Source of the DNA: an uncultured Verrucomicrobiae bacterium
GTDB taxonomy: Bacteria > Verrucomicrobiota > Verrucomicrobiia > Limisphaerales > UBA11358
NCBI GenBank assembly: GCA_963780535.1
Contig: CAWACS010000025.1
Span: 2,396-66,395, forward strand
DNA: 64,000 nt
Direction of reading: 5' to 3'
Positions within the stretch are counted from its first letter, which is position 1. Each line of letters begins with the position of its first letter. A model generated the notes under the pieces. It did not search any database, was not told the origin of the DNA, and worked only from the letters and a program-made list of their open reading frames with translations. Shown here piece after piece: positions 45,206 through 56,041 of the stretch. The translations under genes were made by a program, and so were the position numbers.

Positions 45206-48200
45206 CTAGGGCATTTGTAACAGGTAAAACTGTTGGGAAGTGTTGGTGAACGGCGTGTTGGTGAAAATGAACTGGCCCTGGCTGCCGAAATTGTTGGTCG
45301 CGACGGGCGTCCACAGGGCCACCGGCGTCGCCAGGTTGGTCGAGGTCAGCACAACATAGTTGCCGCTGTTGGTGCCGCCAACACCGCTCAGGATGAAACC
45401 GCCGTTGGTGCCGGCCGTAATGCCCCCGAAAAGTGGCGCCGTCAGCACCGTCAGGACCGCGGGTGGCGCACTGGTGACCGACCCGACACTGTTGGTGACG
45501 ATGACCGTATAGCCTCCGTCATCGCCCGTCTGCGCGTTGGTTATCGTCAGGATTGTATTGGTTACGGCACTGATGCGACCCCCAGCCACCAGATTTGCTC
45601 CATTCAATTGCCAGCTATAACTTAACGGCGCTTTGCCGACGGCGGAAACCACCAAAGTCACCGTGGATCCCAGCCCCACGGTCTGGTTTGTCGGCGGCAC
45701 GACAATTGTCGGGAAAGACACCACCGTCAGAACCGCATTGGAACTGGCCACCGAGCCCCCGACATTGTAGACAATGACCGAGTAGTTCCCGTCGTCATTT
45801 GTCTGCGCGTTATTGATCCGCAGCGTGGCGTTGGTGGCTCCACTAAGGCGGCCTCCATTCACCAGGTTTGTCCCATTGCTTAGCCATTGGAAAAAGTAAG
45901 GCGGCAACGGCGCCGGACCATTAACGGAGAACGCCACGTTTGAACTGATTGCAACCGTCTGGCTGGTCGGTTGTGTCGTAATCGTTGGCGGGTTATTTGT
46001 CACCGTCAAGAGGGCGGGTGGAGTACTGGTCACCGATCCCGCAAAATTGGTAACGATGACTTGATAGTTTCCGCTGTCATTCGACTCTACGGTGCTGATG
46101 GTCAAGGTGGCGTTGGTCGCACCAATGATGTGCGTTCCTCCAATCAGGTAATTTGTGCCTCCATTCACCAGGTTCGTCCCGTCCAACTGCCACTGGTAAC
46201 TCAATGGCGGCGTGCCGTTGGTTGTAGTAACCGTAAAGGTTACAGCCGTTCCCGCTCCCACGGTCTGATTCGTTGGCGGGGTGGCGATCCCCGGCAGTAC
46301 CACCGTCCAACCGATTTTGGCCAGGAACGCGTCGCTGGGGCCCTGAAGGGAAGACTGATATGGGAAGAAGGTTGGAAAGTTTGCCGAGGCGGTCAGGCCG
46401 GTAATGTACACATTGGTCTGCGAGTCCACCGCGATGCCGTAACCGTAGTCATTGCCGGAACCACCCAGATATCCCGAATAAAGAACGGCAGTGGCATTGG
46501 TATTGAAGGCAATGACAAAGACGTCGCTGCCGCCGGCATTCGTCGTACCTAGCAGACCTGGCGTGTTAATGGCCGGAAAATTAGTGCTGGTAGAGGCGCC
46601 GACCACATACACGTTGCCGGAGGGGTCCAGGGTCACACCATAACCGACATCACCGCCAAAGTTGGTTCCGCCAAAAACGGCAGAATAACCGATCGCCGCA
46701 TTCGAGCCACTCCACGTGATTTGCGTCAGAAAGGCATTGGTGATGAGCGGAGAAACAAAGGCTGCGTTGTTGCTCAGGCCATTATACAAATTGGTAATTC
46801 CGGTGACCGTATCCGGGAAATTGGTGGAAACCGTCCAGCCGGTCACGTACGCGTTGCCCGCGCCATCCACCGCAATGTGATTGGCAACGTCGTTGTTCGT
46901 TCCCCCCAGGAAAGTGGAATAGTCCAAGTTGGTGCAGGAAGGCGCAAATTTGGCAACAAACACGTCGTCGGCCGAAGTCAGGTTCGACGAGCCATTCAGC
47001 AAAGAGCCGTTAAAGAAATTGGTGATTATCACCTGATTGGTTCCGCTGAAGTTCGTCTGGATCAACTGTTGAAATATGGCATTGGTGGTTGGGAAATTCG
47101 TCGAGGCGGAGAAGCCGGTCACATAAACGTTATTGGAGATGTCAACGGCTATGCTCTCACCTTGATCAAAGTTGGTGCCGCCGAGGTAGGAAGAATAAAT
47201 CAAATTCGTGCCCCCGGCGCCGATTTCGGTCACAAACGCATTGGCGTTGAAATAGATCGTATTGATACAGGCCAGATGGTTTTGGAATGCGTTCGGGGTT
47301 GTCGGAAAATTGGTCGAATAACTGAAACCGGTGACATAGGCGTTGTTCGCCGCATCCAGGGCAATACCGAAGGCCGCGTCAGCACTTTCGCCACCAAGAT
47401 AGGTTGAATAGACGAGATTGGAACCGCTCGGGTTCAATTCTGCCACAAAGGCATCAGCGGCATAAAGCCCAACGTGCGAGTTAAAAGGGCCGCCGATGTT
47501 GGTGTAAATGCCATTCCGGATGGGGAAATTTGCCGACTCCGTGGCGCCAGCGACGTAGGCGTCGCCAGCGTTATCCACGACCAGTCCGTAGGCGGCGTCA
47601 TCGCTGCTGCCACCAAGGTAGGTGAGGTAAATCAGATTGGTACCGGAACCATCAAACTTGGCTATGAACGCGTCCCCCACCTGTGAGCCACCTTGATAAT
47701 TTGTCTGAAACGCGCCCGTCGTGGAAAAAGGCGCCGGATTGGTTGCCGACATCTGTTTGGACAAGGTCTGCCCGGCGATATAAATAAAACCGTTTGTGTC
47801 CAGGGCAATGGACCAGGCGTTGTCACTGGAATTACCGCCAAAGTAGGTCGAGAAACTCAAAACGGGATCAATCACCAACGGCAATTGGTGATCATACTTT
47901 CCGATGGCGAAGGCAACGGTGTTTCTGTTTATGACCCGATAGCCGCCATCAACGGCCTGGCGCATGCCCAGCCACCGTCTGATAAATGACCGGCGCCGGC
48001 TGGCGAATTTCGTCCCGGCCCAGCGCCAGAATCAATTCACCCTGCCCGCCGATCGAAATCTTGTCCACCCCGGCAAAATGAATTTTGATCACGTCCGGAT
48101 CGGTGCCCGGCGCGAGAGTGAAATCGTATTCGAGTTGCCGCTGGTTGCCGTAATAAACCAGGTTGACACCGGGATAAAGCTGTTCGACCCGCACCCGGGC

Positions 48201-48578
48201 AAACGTCGGCACGCCGGTACGCCAGGCCGCCGGGTCGTTGCCCATCAGGTAATTGACCTTGCCGGGCAGTTCGCTGTCGCCGGCCATCTGTGCCCCGGGG
48301 TTGGAACCGGCAAAGTTCATCCGCACCTCCGCCGGTTTGACGCCGTTTTTGCCCAAGGTGATCTGGACCTCGGCCGGCAAAAGCGAAAATTGGTAATTGC
48401 ATCCACGGGTGATGAACCGGGCCGGGCCGTTCGCCGGGGCGGGGCCGGCTTCAAAATAAAGCGGCAGGTTGCCGAGCGCCGCCAGGGATTGCGACCGGAC
48501 CGCCGGCGCCAATAAATTGAACATCCCGGCGCAAATCAATCCGACCAGGATTGGTTTGAACGACAAAATCTTTTTCAT
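45206..48578 (-). pseudogene. large secreted SBBP beta-propeller / Ig-like repeat protein, one frame break
   Basis: ORF 47949..48656 holds the signal peptide (MKKILSF...) and N-terminal domain. ORF 45206..47965 continues the same protein with LVIDPVLSFSTYFGG, repeated YVTGF..S.NFPTT units, then four Ig-like repeats with SYQWQLDGTNLVNGG. The join at 47949-47965 needs +1. Confidence 0.7.
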
Positions 48579-48591
48579 ACCACGGTTCATC

Positions 48592-51053
48592 TTAAAATTC
48601 GCGCGAGTAGCCAAATCCGAATTGAAACTTGCCGGCGCCGCTGTTGTATTGGTCATGGTTGAATGGGTATGCCATAATACAACTGCAAGGGACCAAGATG
48701 GGGAATGTCCAAAAGCAGGCCAAGGCCATAATCATCATTAATGCTTCCCGAGAAGGAATAAGGCTGCGCGCTGACGGCCCCGACATCATAGAAGAAGTCC
48801 AGGCGCAGGTTGACTCCGTTATCCTTTTGAATGATCGGAATGTAGTAATCCAAGGAACCAAACCAGTAGCTGTCGCCGCCAATCGGCTCACTGGGCAACT
48901 TGCGGTTCGGTTATATCAAATGGCTGGCGCGGCGCGATATTGCGATATTTGAACCCACGCAGGTTATAGAGGCCGCCAAGGTAATAACGGTCATAAAACG
49001 GCACATCCTGGTTGCCCATGCCATCCGCGACACCAGCGCGTCCGGTCAGTTCGATGACATGGCCTTTGAACAAACCGGGAAAATACCACGCGGACTTGAG
49101 TTCCAGTTTGTAATAGGTGCTGTCGCCGGTCACAAATTCCGGGTCGAATTCCGTCCGCTGACCGCCGTTGGGCAGTTGGTTGCTGTTCCGGGTGTCATAA
49201 GCCAGCGAGGCCGTGAAATGATGAAACAAATGATCGCCGGTCTGCTCCAGAATGGCTCCGGGCACATTGGGTGGAACAGCTGGAAGTGGGAAAACTCCCG
49301 GCTCCCAATCATGCCAGCCGCTGTTCAAATCAATGCCCACGTCCTCGATGGTGTAACCGAGGCTGCCGATGAAAAAGTCGCTCCACAGGGCGCGCGTCAG
49401 GCTGACGCTCACACCGGTGCGGGTTTCATTGAAAATATTGTTGGGACTTTCAAAGTCCCATTGATGCCGGTACAGGTCCACGTCCAGCCGGAGTTTGCGG
49501 TTCAGAAACCACGGTTCGCTGAACAGGAGTTCGTAGTCCTGGCGCTGGCTGCCCAGTTGGATGAACAGTCGCGCCCGCTGGCCGCCGCCCGTGAAGGTGG
49601 GCGGGTGGAACAGATCGAAGTTGTCCTGTTCAATTTCGGCGAAACCCACGAGGGAATCCACCGAACTGAATCCGGCGCCGAGCGTGATTTTGCCGGTGTT
49701 TTGTTCCTGGACGTTCACCACCAGGTTTTCACGCCCGGCAATCGGCGGATCGGTCGGCTCCGGTTGCATGCGGACGCTGCTGAAATATTGCAGGCCGTCC
49801 AACCGTTCCTTGCTGATATTCACGCGCACCATGTCGAAGACCTCGCCCGGCGAAATGGCCAGCTCGCGACGGATGACCTTGTCCTTGGTCTTGATATTGC
49901 CGTGGATGTCAATCCGCTCGACGTAGAACTTGTTGCCTTCGTCGATTTGAAATTCCAGATCCATCGTGCCGGTGTCCACGTTCGGGATGCGCACCACCTG
50001 GAGGCTGGGACCCTGCTGCACGTTGATATAGCCCTTGCCGCCATAAAAATCCTGGACGGCCTGCAAATCCTTGTCGAGTCCGTCGGGGGTGAAAATATCG
50101 CCCACGTCCATCGGCAACCCATGCGGGCCGATCTTGCCCCGGGCGCGCTCAAGGCTGTGCACCTGCCGCAGTCCCTGGTAAACCTCCGGGTCACTGAAAA
50201 TCTTGTTGCCGGTAAATTTGACCGAGCCGACCTTGTACTGTCTGCCTTCAAAAATGTAGAAACGGATGTCCATCGTGTTGGGCGTCGGATACACGAGTTC
50301 GGCATCCTTGATCTCAAAATCGAGGTAACCATGGCTGCGGTAATATTCCACCAGCGCGTCCTGGTCATCCTCAAACTGGTCCTGCTTGAACACCCCGTTG
50401 CCGGTCAGCCAGGAAAACATCCAATGCCGCCGGGTCTTGATCTGCTTGCGCAATTCCCGCTGGGAAAACGCCGCCGCGCCGACAAATTCAATTTTGACAA
50501 TTTTAACCTTCGGGGCCTCGGTAATTTGAAACGTCGCCGTGCCGCGCCCGGCGTTTTCATCCACGTCCACCACGTATTTGACCTGCGTGCCGGCACAGCC
50601 GTATTTCTCGTAAAGCTTCTGAATCTCCTGACAGTCGGTGAACAGCTTTTGTTCGTCCAGGGGCTGGCCGACCTTGGCGGTGATTTTTTTTCGGATTTTG
50701 GAAGTGCTCAGTTTTTTGTTGCCCGTGATGATGATGTCGCTCAGGCGCGGCCGGACCTGGACGATGTACGTCACCACCACACCGCCATCGCCGGCCTGAT
50801 CCAGGCCCACGCGAATGTTGTAAAACTGGCCCGTGGTGTAGAGATTGCGAATGTCCGACTCGGTGGTGCCGGCCGTATAAAAGTCGCCGGCCTTGAGGCG
50901 GATGTTGGAGCGGACAAACTGCTCGCTGACGGACTCGGGTCCGACGTATTTGATGTCCACGCGGTCCACTTTGAGCCCGGCGGTTTGCGACCACACGACC
51001 GGTGCGCAGCCCAACAAGAGGCAAATCCCGAAAAGGCGAAAAAACAATTTCAT
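48592..51053 (-). pseudogene. bamA: outer membrane protein assembly factor BamA, read in three frames near the 3' end
   Basis: ORF 48888..51053 holds the POTRA repeats and most of the barrel. ORF 48653..48898 continues it (EPIGGDSYWFGSLDYYIPI...GPLQLYYG). The frame ending at 48592 gives the canonical terminus KFQFGFGYSREF. Two +1 breaks, near 48895 and 48660. Confidence 0.8.
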
Positions 51054-51056
51054 CGT

Positions 51057-52541
51057 CTACCGGTCCACCGGCACATCTTCGTCGCTGACTTTGGCTGCGC
51101 TTTCAAATCGCGTATAAGGCCTCAGGAATGTCAGATTGATATCGCCCGTCGGGCCGTTTCGTTGTTTGGCAATCAGCAAATTCACCGGTATAGCGTCCTG
51201 CTGTTCCTGTTCGTCAGATGCGCTGCTTTCGTCGTCACCGGATTTACCAGGCTTGTAAAGCAGACCAACCACGTCCGCATCTTGCTCAATCGCACCCGAT
51301 TCGCGTAGGTCCGAAAGCATCGGTTTTGAGCCACGCTCGCGTTTTTCCGGCTCACGATTCAATTGACTCAAAACAAGAACAGGCACCTGCAACTCTTTGG
51401 CCAATGCCTTGACGCCGCTTGAAATGTCAGCAATTTCCTGCTGCCGGTTTTCTTGCGCTCGGCGACCAGTAGAATTCAACAGTTGCATATAGTCAATCAC
51501 GAAAAGCTTGATACTGTGCTGTTGTGACAGCCGTCTTGCCCGCGCCCGGAGCTGCAAAATCGAAAGCCCTGCCGTATCGTCAATGAATAACTTCGCATTC
51601 GCCAGCCGACCTGCCGCGTTTGTCAACTTCGGAAAATCTGATTCGCTCATAAAGCCTCCACGAATGTTTCCCAAATTCAATCGTGCAATCGAACACAACA
51701 TTCGCAACACGAGCGATTCCGCCGTCATTTCCAAACTAAAAACGGCCACCGGTAATTTTTGCTCCAGCACGGCGTGCTCCACGATATTCATGGCAAGCGA
51801 CGTTTTTCCGGTAGAGGGTCTCCCCGCGATGACGATCATTTCACCGCTGTGCAACCCGTCCGTCTTCTGATCCAAATCTTTGAAACCCGTGCCAACACCA
51901 CCTAATTCGCCTTTGCGGTTAAAATAATTTTCAATCAAGCCGACGGCGTCATTCACAACTTGCTTGATCGCCTTTGACTTCCCTTGATCCCTCTCTTCAT
52001 TAATTCGCAGAACTTCTGTCTCAACCTGATCGAGCAATTGATCTACCTCCCCCTCGTAACTATAAACGCGGCCGACGACATCCGTACAGGTCTGAATCAT
52101 ACGTCGCAACAGATATTTCTCCCGGACGATATCGAGATAATATGAGAGGTTCGCTGCGCTCGGCACGGCGTCCTGAAGTTGCGACAAATACGTGATGCCA
52201 CCCACTTGTTCCAGCAGTTGCTTGTCCTTCAACCGTTGCTGCAAGGTTATAATGTCAATTGGAATTCGATTGTCATACATTTCAAACAACTCGGCTTGAA
52301 TCGTCTGATGCCGCAAGTCATAATGAACTTCAACCCCGATACCTTTCAGTTTTTCAATGACTTCGCCGATGCAATCGTTTGGCGAAAGCAATTGGCAACC
52401 GAGAACTCCCTGTTCCATGTCCAGGGCGTGCGGCGGCAAACGGTCAATCGTGGATTGCGGATTGTGGATCACGGGTTTGCGACGCGGTGCTTTTTTTAAA
52501 TCCGCCGTTGCCCCGGCGGTCTCAGAAACAGAATCAATCAT
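51057..52541 (-). CDS. dnaB: replicative DNA helicase
   Basis: PPHALDMEQGVLG, Walker A GRPSTGKTSLAMNI, VIDYMQLL, LSQLNR, QDADVV. ATG at 52541 preceded by GGGGGA. Confidence 0.9.
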   Translation of the reverse strand: MIDSVSETAGATADLKKAPRRKPVIHNPQSTIDRLPPHALDMEQGVLGCQLLSPNDCIGEVIEKLKGIGVEVHYDLRHQTIQAELFEMYDNRIPIDIITLQQRLKDKQLLEQVGGITYLSQLQDAVPSAANLSYYLDIVREKYLLRRMIQTCTDVVGRVYSYEGEVDQLLDQVETEVLRINEERDQGKSKAIKQVVNDAVGLIENYFNRKGELGGVGTGFKDLDQKTDGLHSGEMIVIAGRPSTGKTSLAMNIVEHAVLEQKLPVAVFSLEMTAESLVLRMLCSIARLNLGNIRGGFMSESDFPKLTNAAGRLANAKLFIDDTAGLSILQLRARARRLSQQHSIKLFVIDYMQLLNSTGRRAQENRQQEIADISSGVKALAKELQVPVLVLSQLNREPEKRERGSKPMLSDLRESGAIEQDADVVGLLYKPGKSGDDESSASDEQEQQDAIPVNLLIAKQRNGPTGDINLTFLRPYTRFESAAKVSDEDVPVDR

Positions 52542-52703
52542 TCCCCCACCTGCTACCAAAAAAGCAGAATGAATCCAACCGAGAAACAAAAGATAATATT
52601 ACCAACCACCTGTGAAGAAACTACCGTTTTGATGTGAATAAGCACCAGAGGATTTTCCGTCTGAAGAGAAGGGCGGGATGGGGAGGCTCAATTTAGCGCT
52701 ACT

Positions 52704-53141
52704 TTACAAATCACCATTTCTTCGGCGTTGTTTAATCACTTCCGTCATTATCCGATAATTTTCTTCCTTGCGCGTCGGCTTTTTCAGCCTAGCAACCGGC
52801 GGACAAAAGGCATTATAGCAGTTTTTGATGAGGGAAAGAACCGTCTTTCCATCGAAGGATTCAATATGCGTTCCCTTCCGGCTCGCCATTTCTAGGCAAA
52901 CACCATAAACAACGGAGTCGGTTGAAAGTTTATCAACCTTCATTGTCAGAATTCCATCTGTCGGCAAGTGTAGCCTTGTCATTGCCCTTTTCTCTCTGAC
53001 AATCGCCATCAGCAGAAAGGATAGAGGCTGATTGACGAACTGATCCTGACCCAAGGCGACACAGCGGCAGAGCTCTGTGATCATTGATTGAAAATCCGGA
53101 TCGGAGATTTCACAGACCTTAATTTGAGCGTAGTTAGTCAT
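52704..53141 (-). CDS. hypothetical protein (low-GC orphan)
   Basis: 145-aa ORF. Sample lines give 42-50% G+C against more than 60% in the flanks. No family recognised. Confidence 0.45.
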   Translation of the reverse strand: MTNYAQIKVCEISDPDFQSMITELCRCVALGQDQFVNQPLSFLLMAIVREKRAMTRLHLPTDGILTMKVDKLSTDSVVYGVCLEMASRKGTHIESFDGKTVLSLIKNCYNAFCPPVARLKKPTRKEENYRIMTEVIKQRRRNGDL

Positions 53142-53292
53142 TTGGACAGGAGACTGCTAATCTGCATCCACGACAAGCGGGAATTCTAAACATCCGTTCG
53201 CATTCCATTCACAAAGCTATTCGCCGGGAGAAATTCGCCCGGAAAAATTGACTCGCTACTGAATGCAATTAGAATCCCCGTTTGTTGCACAC

Positions 53293-54582
53293 ATGAAACG
53301 CAAACCGTCCGTGCTCGTCGTTTTCCTGACGGTCTTTATTGACCTCATCGGCTTCGGGATCGTCGTGCCGCTGGTGCCGATCTACAGCCGGCACTACGGC
53401 GCAGGCGGCTTCGTCATCGGCGCCATCATTGCGTCGTTTTCCGCCATGCAGTTTCTCTTCGCGCCGGTGCTGGGCCGGTGGTCCGATCGCATCGGCCGCC
53501 GCCCTGTCATGCTCCTCAGCACGGCCGGCGCGGCGCTGTCGTATGTGCTGTTTGCCATCGGGTCGGGCTTTGAAAATCACGCCATCGCGCTGTGGGCGTT
53601 GCTGGTCTCGCGGGTTTTCGCCGGCATTTGCGGCGCCAACATCACCGTGGCCCAGGCCTACATCGCCGACATCACGCCGCCGGAAAACCGTTCAAAGCGG
53701 ATGGCGTTGATCGGCGTGGCGTTCGGATTGGGATTTGTTTTCGGCCCGGCCATCAGCGGCGTGGCGCTAATCCTTTTCGGCGCCACCGGCCCTGGCTGGA
53801 CGGCGGCCGCCCTGTGCGCGGCCAATTTCCTCCTGGCCTGCTTCATCCTGACTGAAAGCCTTCAACCGTCTTCCGGTCATGCCAGCAACCGGCCGCGGTT
53901 GAAACAATGGGGGCACACGCTGGCCCAGCCGAAAATCGGCCTGCTGATCCTGATTTTTTTCCTGGCCACGTTTGCCTTCAGTTGCTTCGAAAGCACCCTG
54001 CCGTTACTGGTGAACGACAATTTCAACCTGGGCATCACCGTGGACGAAACGAAACCGGCCACGACCGTCATTTCCCTTTTTATCTTTTGTGGGATCATCG
54101 GAGTATTCATTCAAGGCGGCGCGATCGGCCGGCTTGTGAAACTGTTCGGCGAACCGAAGCTGATTGCCTTGAGCCTCGCGTTGACGGGCGTGAGCCTGGC
54201 ACTCTTGCCGTTCATCAAAGGCGAAGGCCAGTTAAAGTGGCTGGCGGTCTTGCGCCTGGCCGATTGGCCGTGGATTAAAATGCTTTTGGCGCTGGCGCTG
54301 CTGGCCGTGGGCTCCAGCCTGACGCGTGCGCCGGTGTTCGGCTTGCTCTCCAACCTTACGCCCGCGAATGAACAGGGCGCCACCATCGGCGTCGCCCAAA
54401 GCGCCGGCGCCCTGGCGCGCATCGTCGGCCCGCTGTTCGCCGCAACGCTTTATGTGCGCGTTCCCGCACTGCCTTACGTGGCGTGCGGAGCCATTTCTGT
54501 TTTTGCCGGAGTGCTGGCCATCCAGCAACTAGGTAAGGGCTTCGTCATGGCAGGAGAGAAAATTAAAGAAGCGGCGGATTGA
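53293..54582 (+). CDS. MFS transporter
   Basis: 12-TM-like hydrophobic profile. Motif A GRWSDRIGRRPVM. Start at MKRKPSVLVVFLTVFIDLIGFG. Confidence 0.8.
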   Translation: MKRKPSVLVVFLTVFIDLIGFGIVVPLVPIYSRHYGAGGFVIGAIIASFSAMQFLFAPVLGRWSDRIGRRPVMLLSTAGAALSYVLFAIGSGFENHAIALWALLVSRVFAGICGANITVAQAYIADITPPENRSKRMALIGVAFGLGFVFGPAISGVALILFGATGPGWTAAALCAANFLLACFILTESLQPSSGHASNRPRLKQWGHTLAQPKIGLLILIFFLATFAFSCFESTLPLLVNDNFNLGITVDETKPATTVISLFIFCGIIGVFIQGGAIGRLVKLFGEPKLIALSLALTGVSLALLPFIKGEGQLKWLAVLRLADWPWIKMLLALALLAVGSSLTRAPVFGLLSNLTPANEQGATIGVAQSAGALARIVGPLFAATLYVRVPALPYVACGAISVFAGVLAIQQLGKGFVMAGEKIKEAAD

Positions 54583-54638
54583 TCGCGTCACACCGGTTTT
54601 TGCGCCAATCCGCCGCCGTCCGTTCACTCAAACGGAAT

Positions 54639-55208
54639 TCATTGCTGGTCCGGCGGCGGGCCGGATGGGTTGCCGTTGTCGCCCGGGGGCAGGCCGCCCT
54701 GGCCAGGATTGGCATCTCTTTCACGCGGCGGCCCCATGGGCGGACGCGGTCCGATGAATTCATCCGGCGTCAACTGTCCGTCACCATTTTTGTCCAAGGT
54801 TTTGAGTTCAGCCGGTGCGTTGGCGATTTCGTTTGCGTCAATCACCCCGTCACCGTTGACGTCCAGTGCCTTGACAATCGCCGGCAGCGGCGGACGCGGA
54901 GCGTCCTTGGGCGCGTCGGCCGGCAACGGCGGCAGATACTCCTCGGGCGTCAGCTTGCCGTCGCCATTCTTGTCCAGCGTCAATAATTCAGCGCTGGCGT
55001 TGGCAATTTCGTTGGAATCAATCACCCCGTCGTGATTGACGTCCAGCGCCGTAATCAGCGGCAGGGGAGGCGGACGATGCCGTGGCCCGCCTCCGCCCGG
55101 TCCGCCTTCCGGGGGCGGGCCGCCGGCGTCCTGGGCGTTGACGACGAAGGCCGACGCGCCGAGCGCCAGCAGGGTCAGCATGGTTTTCATTGTGGTTTTG
55201 GTTTTCAT
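54639..55208 (-). CDS. secreted tandem EF-hand protein
   Basis: Signal peptide. Two ~55-aa repeats, each with [12 protein letters not shown] / [12 protein letters not shown] and [12 protein letters not shown] / [12 protein letters not shown] loops. Pro/Gly-rich linkers. Confidence 0.75.
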   Translation of the reverse strand: MKTKTTMKTMLTLLALGASAFVVNAQDAGGPPPEGGPGGGGPRHRPPPLPLITALDVNHDGVIDSNEIANASAELLTLDKNGDGKLTPEEYLPPLPADAPKDAPRPPLPAIVKALDVNGDGVIDANEIANAPAELKTLDKNGDGQLTPDEFIGPRPPMGPPRERDANPGQGGLPPGDNGNPSGPPPDQQ

Positions 55209-55390
55209 GTTATGGTCGCTTTCTATTTACCGGTGTGAACTTTTCTTTGACGCAATCTACACGAACGCACCTTAAGCGAACATGAAGCCGGAAATTTTTT
55301 CGTTCCGCGCCTTCATCTTCCCTTAAGGTGGCACCTGCGAGAGTGACGGCGGATGGCGGTTGTGTTAAACCAGCCGCGACCACGGCCGAC

Positions 55391-56041
55391 ATGAGAATCC
55401 TGATTGTTGAAGACGAACCTGATTTGCTCCGCAGCCTGGCCCAGGCGTTGCGCGAGGAGGGTTACGCCGTGGACACTGCCAATAATGGCGAGGACGGCCT
55501 CTTCAAGGCGGAAAATTTCGACTACGACGCCGTCGTGCTGGACGTGATGCTGCCCAAACTCGATGGCTGGGAAATCCTCAAACGTCTCCGTAAATCCAAA
55601 AAGACGCCAGTGCTGATGCTGACCGCGCGCGACCAGACGCGGGATCGGGTCAAGGGGCTCGACACCGGCGCGGACGATTACATGGTCAAGCCGTTTGATT
55701 TACCGGAGTTGTCTGCCCGGTTGCGCGCCCTCATCCGCCGCAGCGCGAATCTGACCACCAACCTCATTGAAATCGGCGATGTGAAAATTGACACCGCGGC
55801 GCGCAAGGTGTTCCGGGCCGAAAAACCCGTCGAGCTGACCGCACGCGAATACGCGCTACTGGAATTTCTCGCGTTGCACCGGGGCGAAGTGGTCACGCGC
55901 ACGCAGCTTTACGAACATCTGTTTGATGAAAACGACAGCACCCTTTCCAACCTGCTGGACGTTCATGTCTCCAATCTCCGCAAAAAACTGGGCGCGGAAT
56001 TCATCGTCACCCGCCGCGGCCACGGCTATTGCATCGAATGA
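55391..56041 (+). CDS. OmpR-family response regulator
   Basis: MRILIVEDEPDL, DAVVLDVMLPKLDGWE, winged-helix end RRGHGYCIE. Confidence 0.9.
   Translation: MRILIVEDEPDLLRSLAQALREEGYAVDTANNGEDGLFKAENFDYDAVVLDVMLPKLDGWEILKRLRKSKKTPVLMLTARDQTRDRVKGLDTGADDYMVKPFDLPELSARLRALIRRSANLTTNLIEIGDVKIDTAARKVFRAEKPVELTAREYALLEFLALHRGEVVTRTQLYEHLFDENDSTLSNLLDVHVSNLRKKLGAEFIVTRRGHGYCIE

Noticed and set aside
48900-51308. 802-aa plus-strand ORF
   Set aside because: It is antisense to bamA and dnaB, both of which have unmistakable motifs on the other strand.
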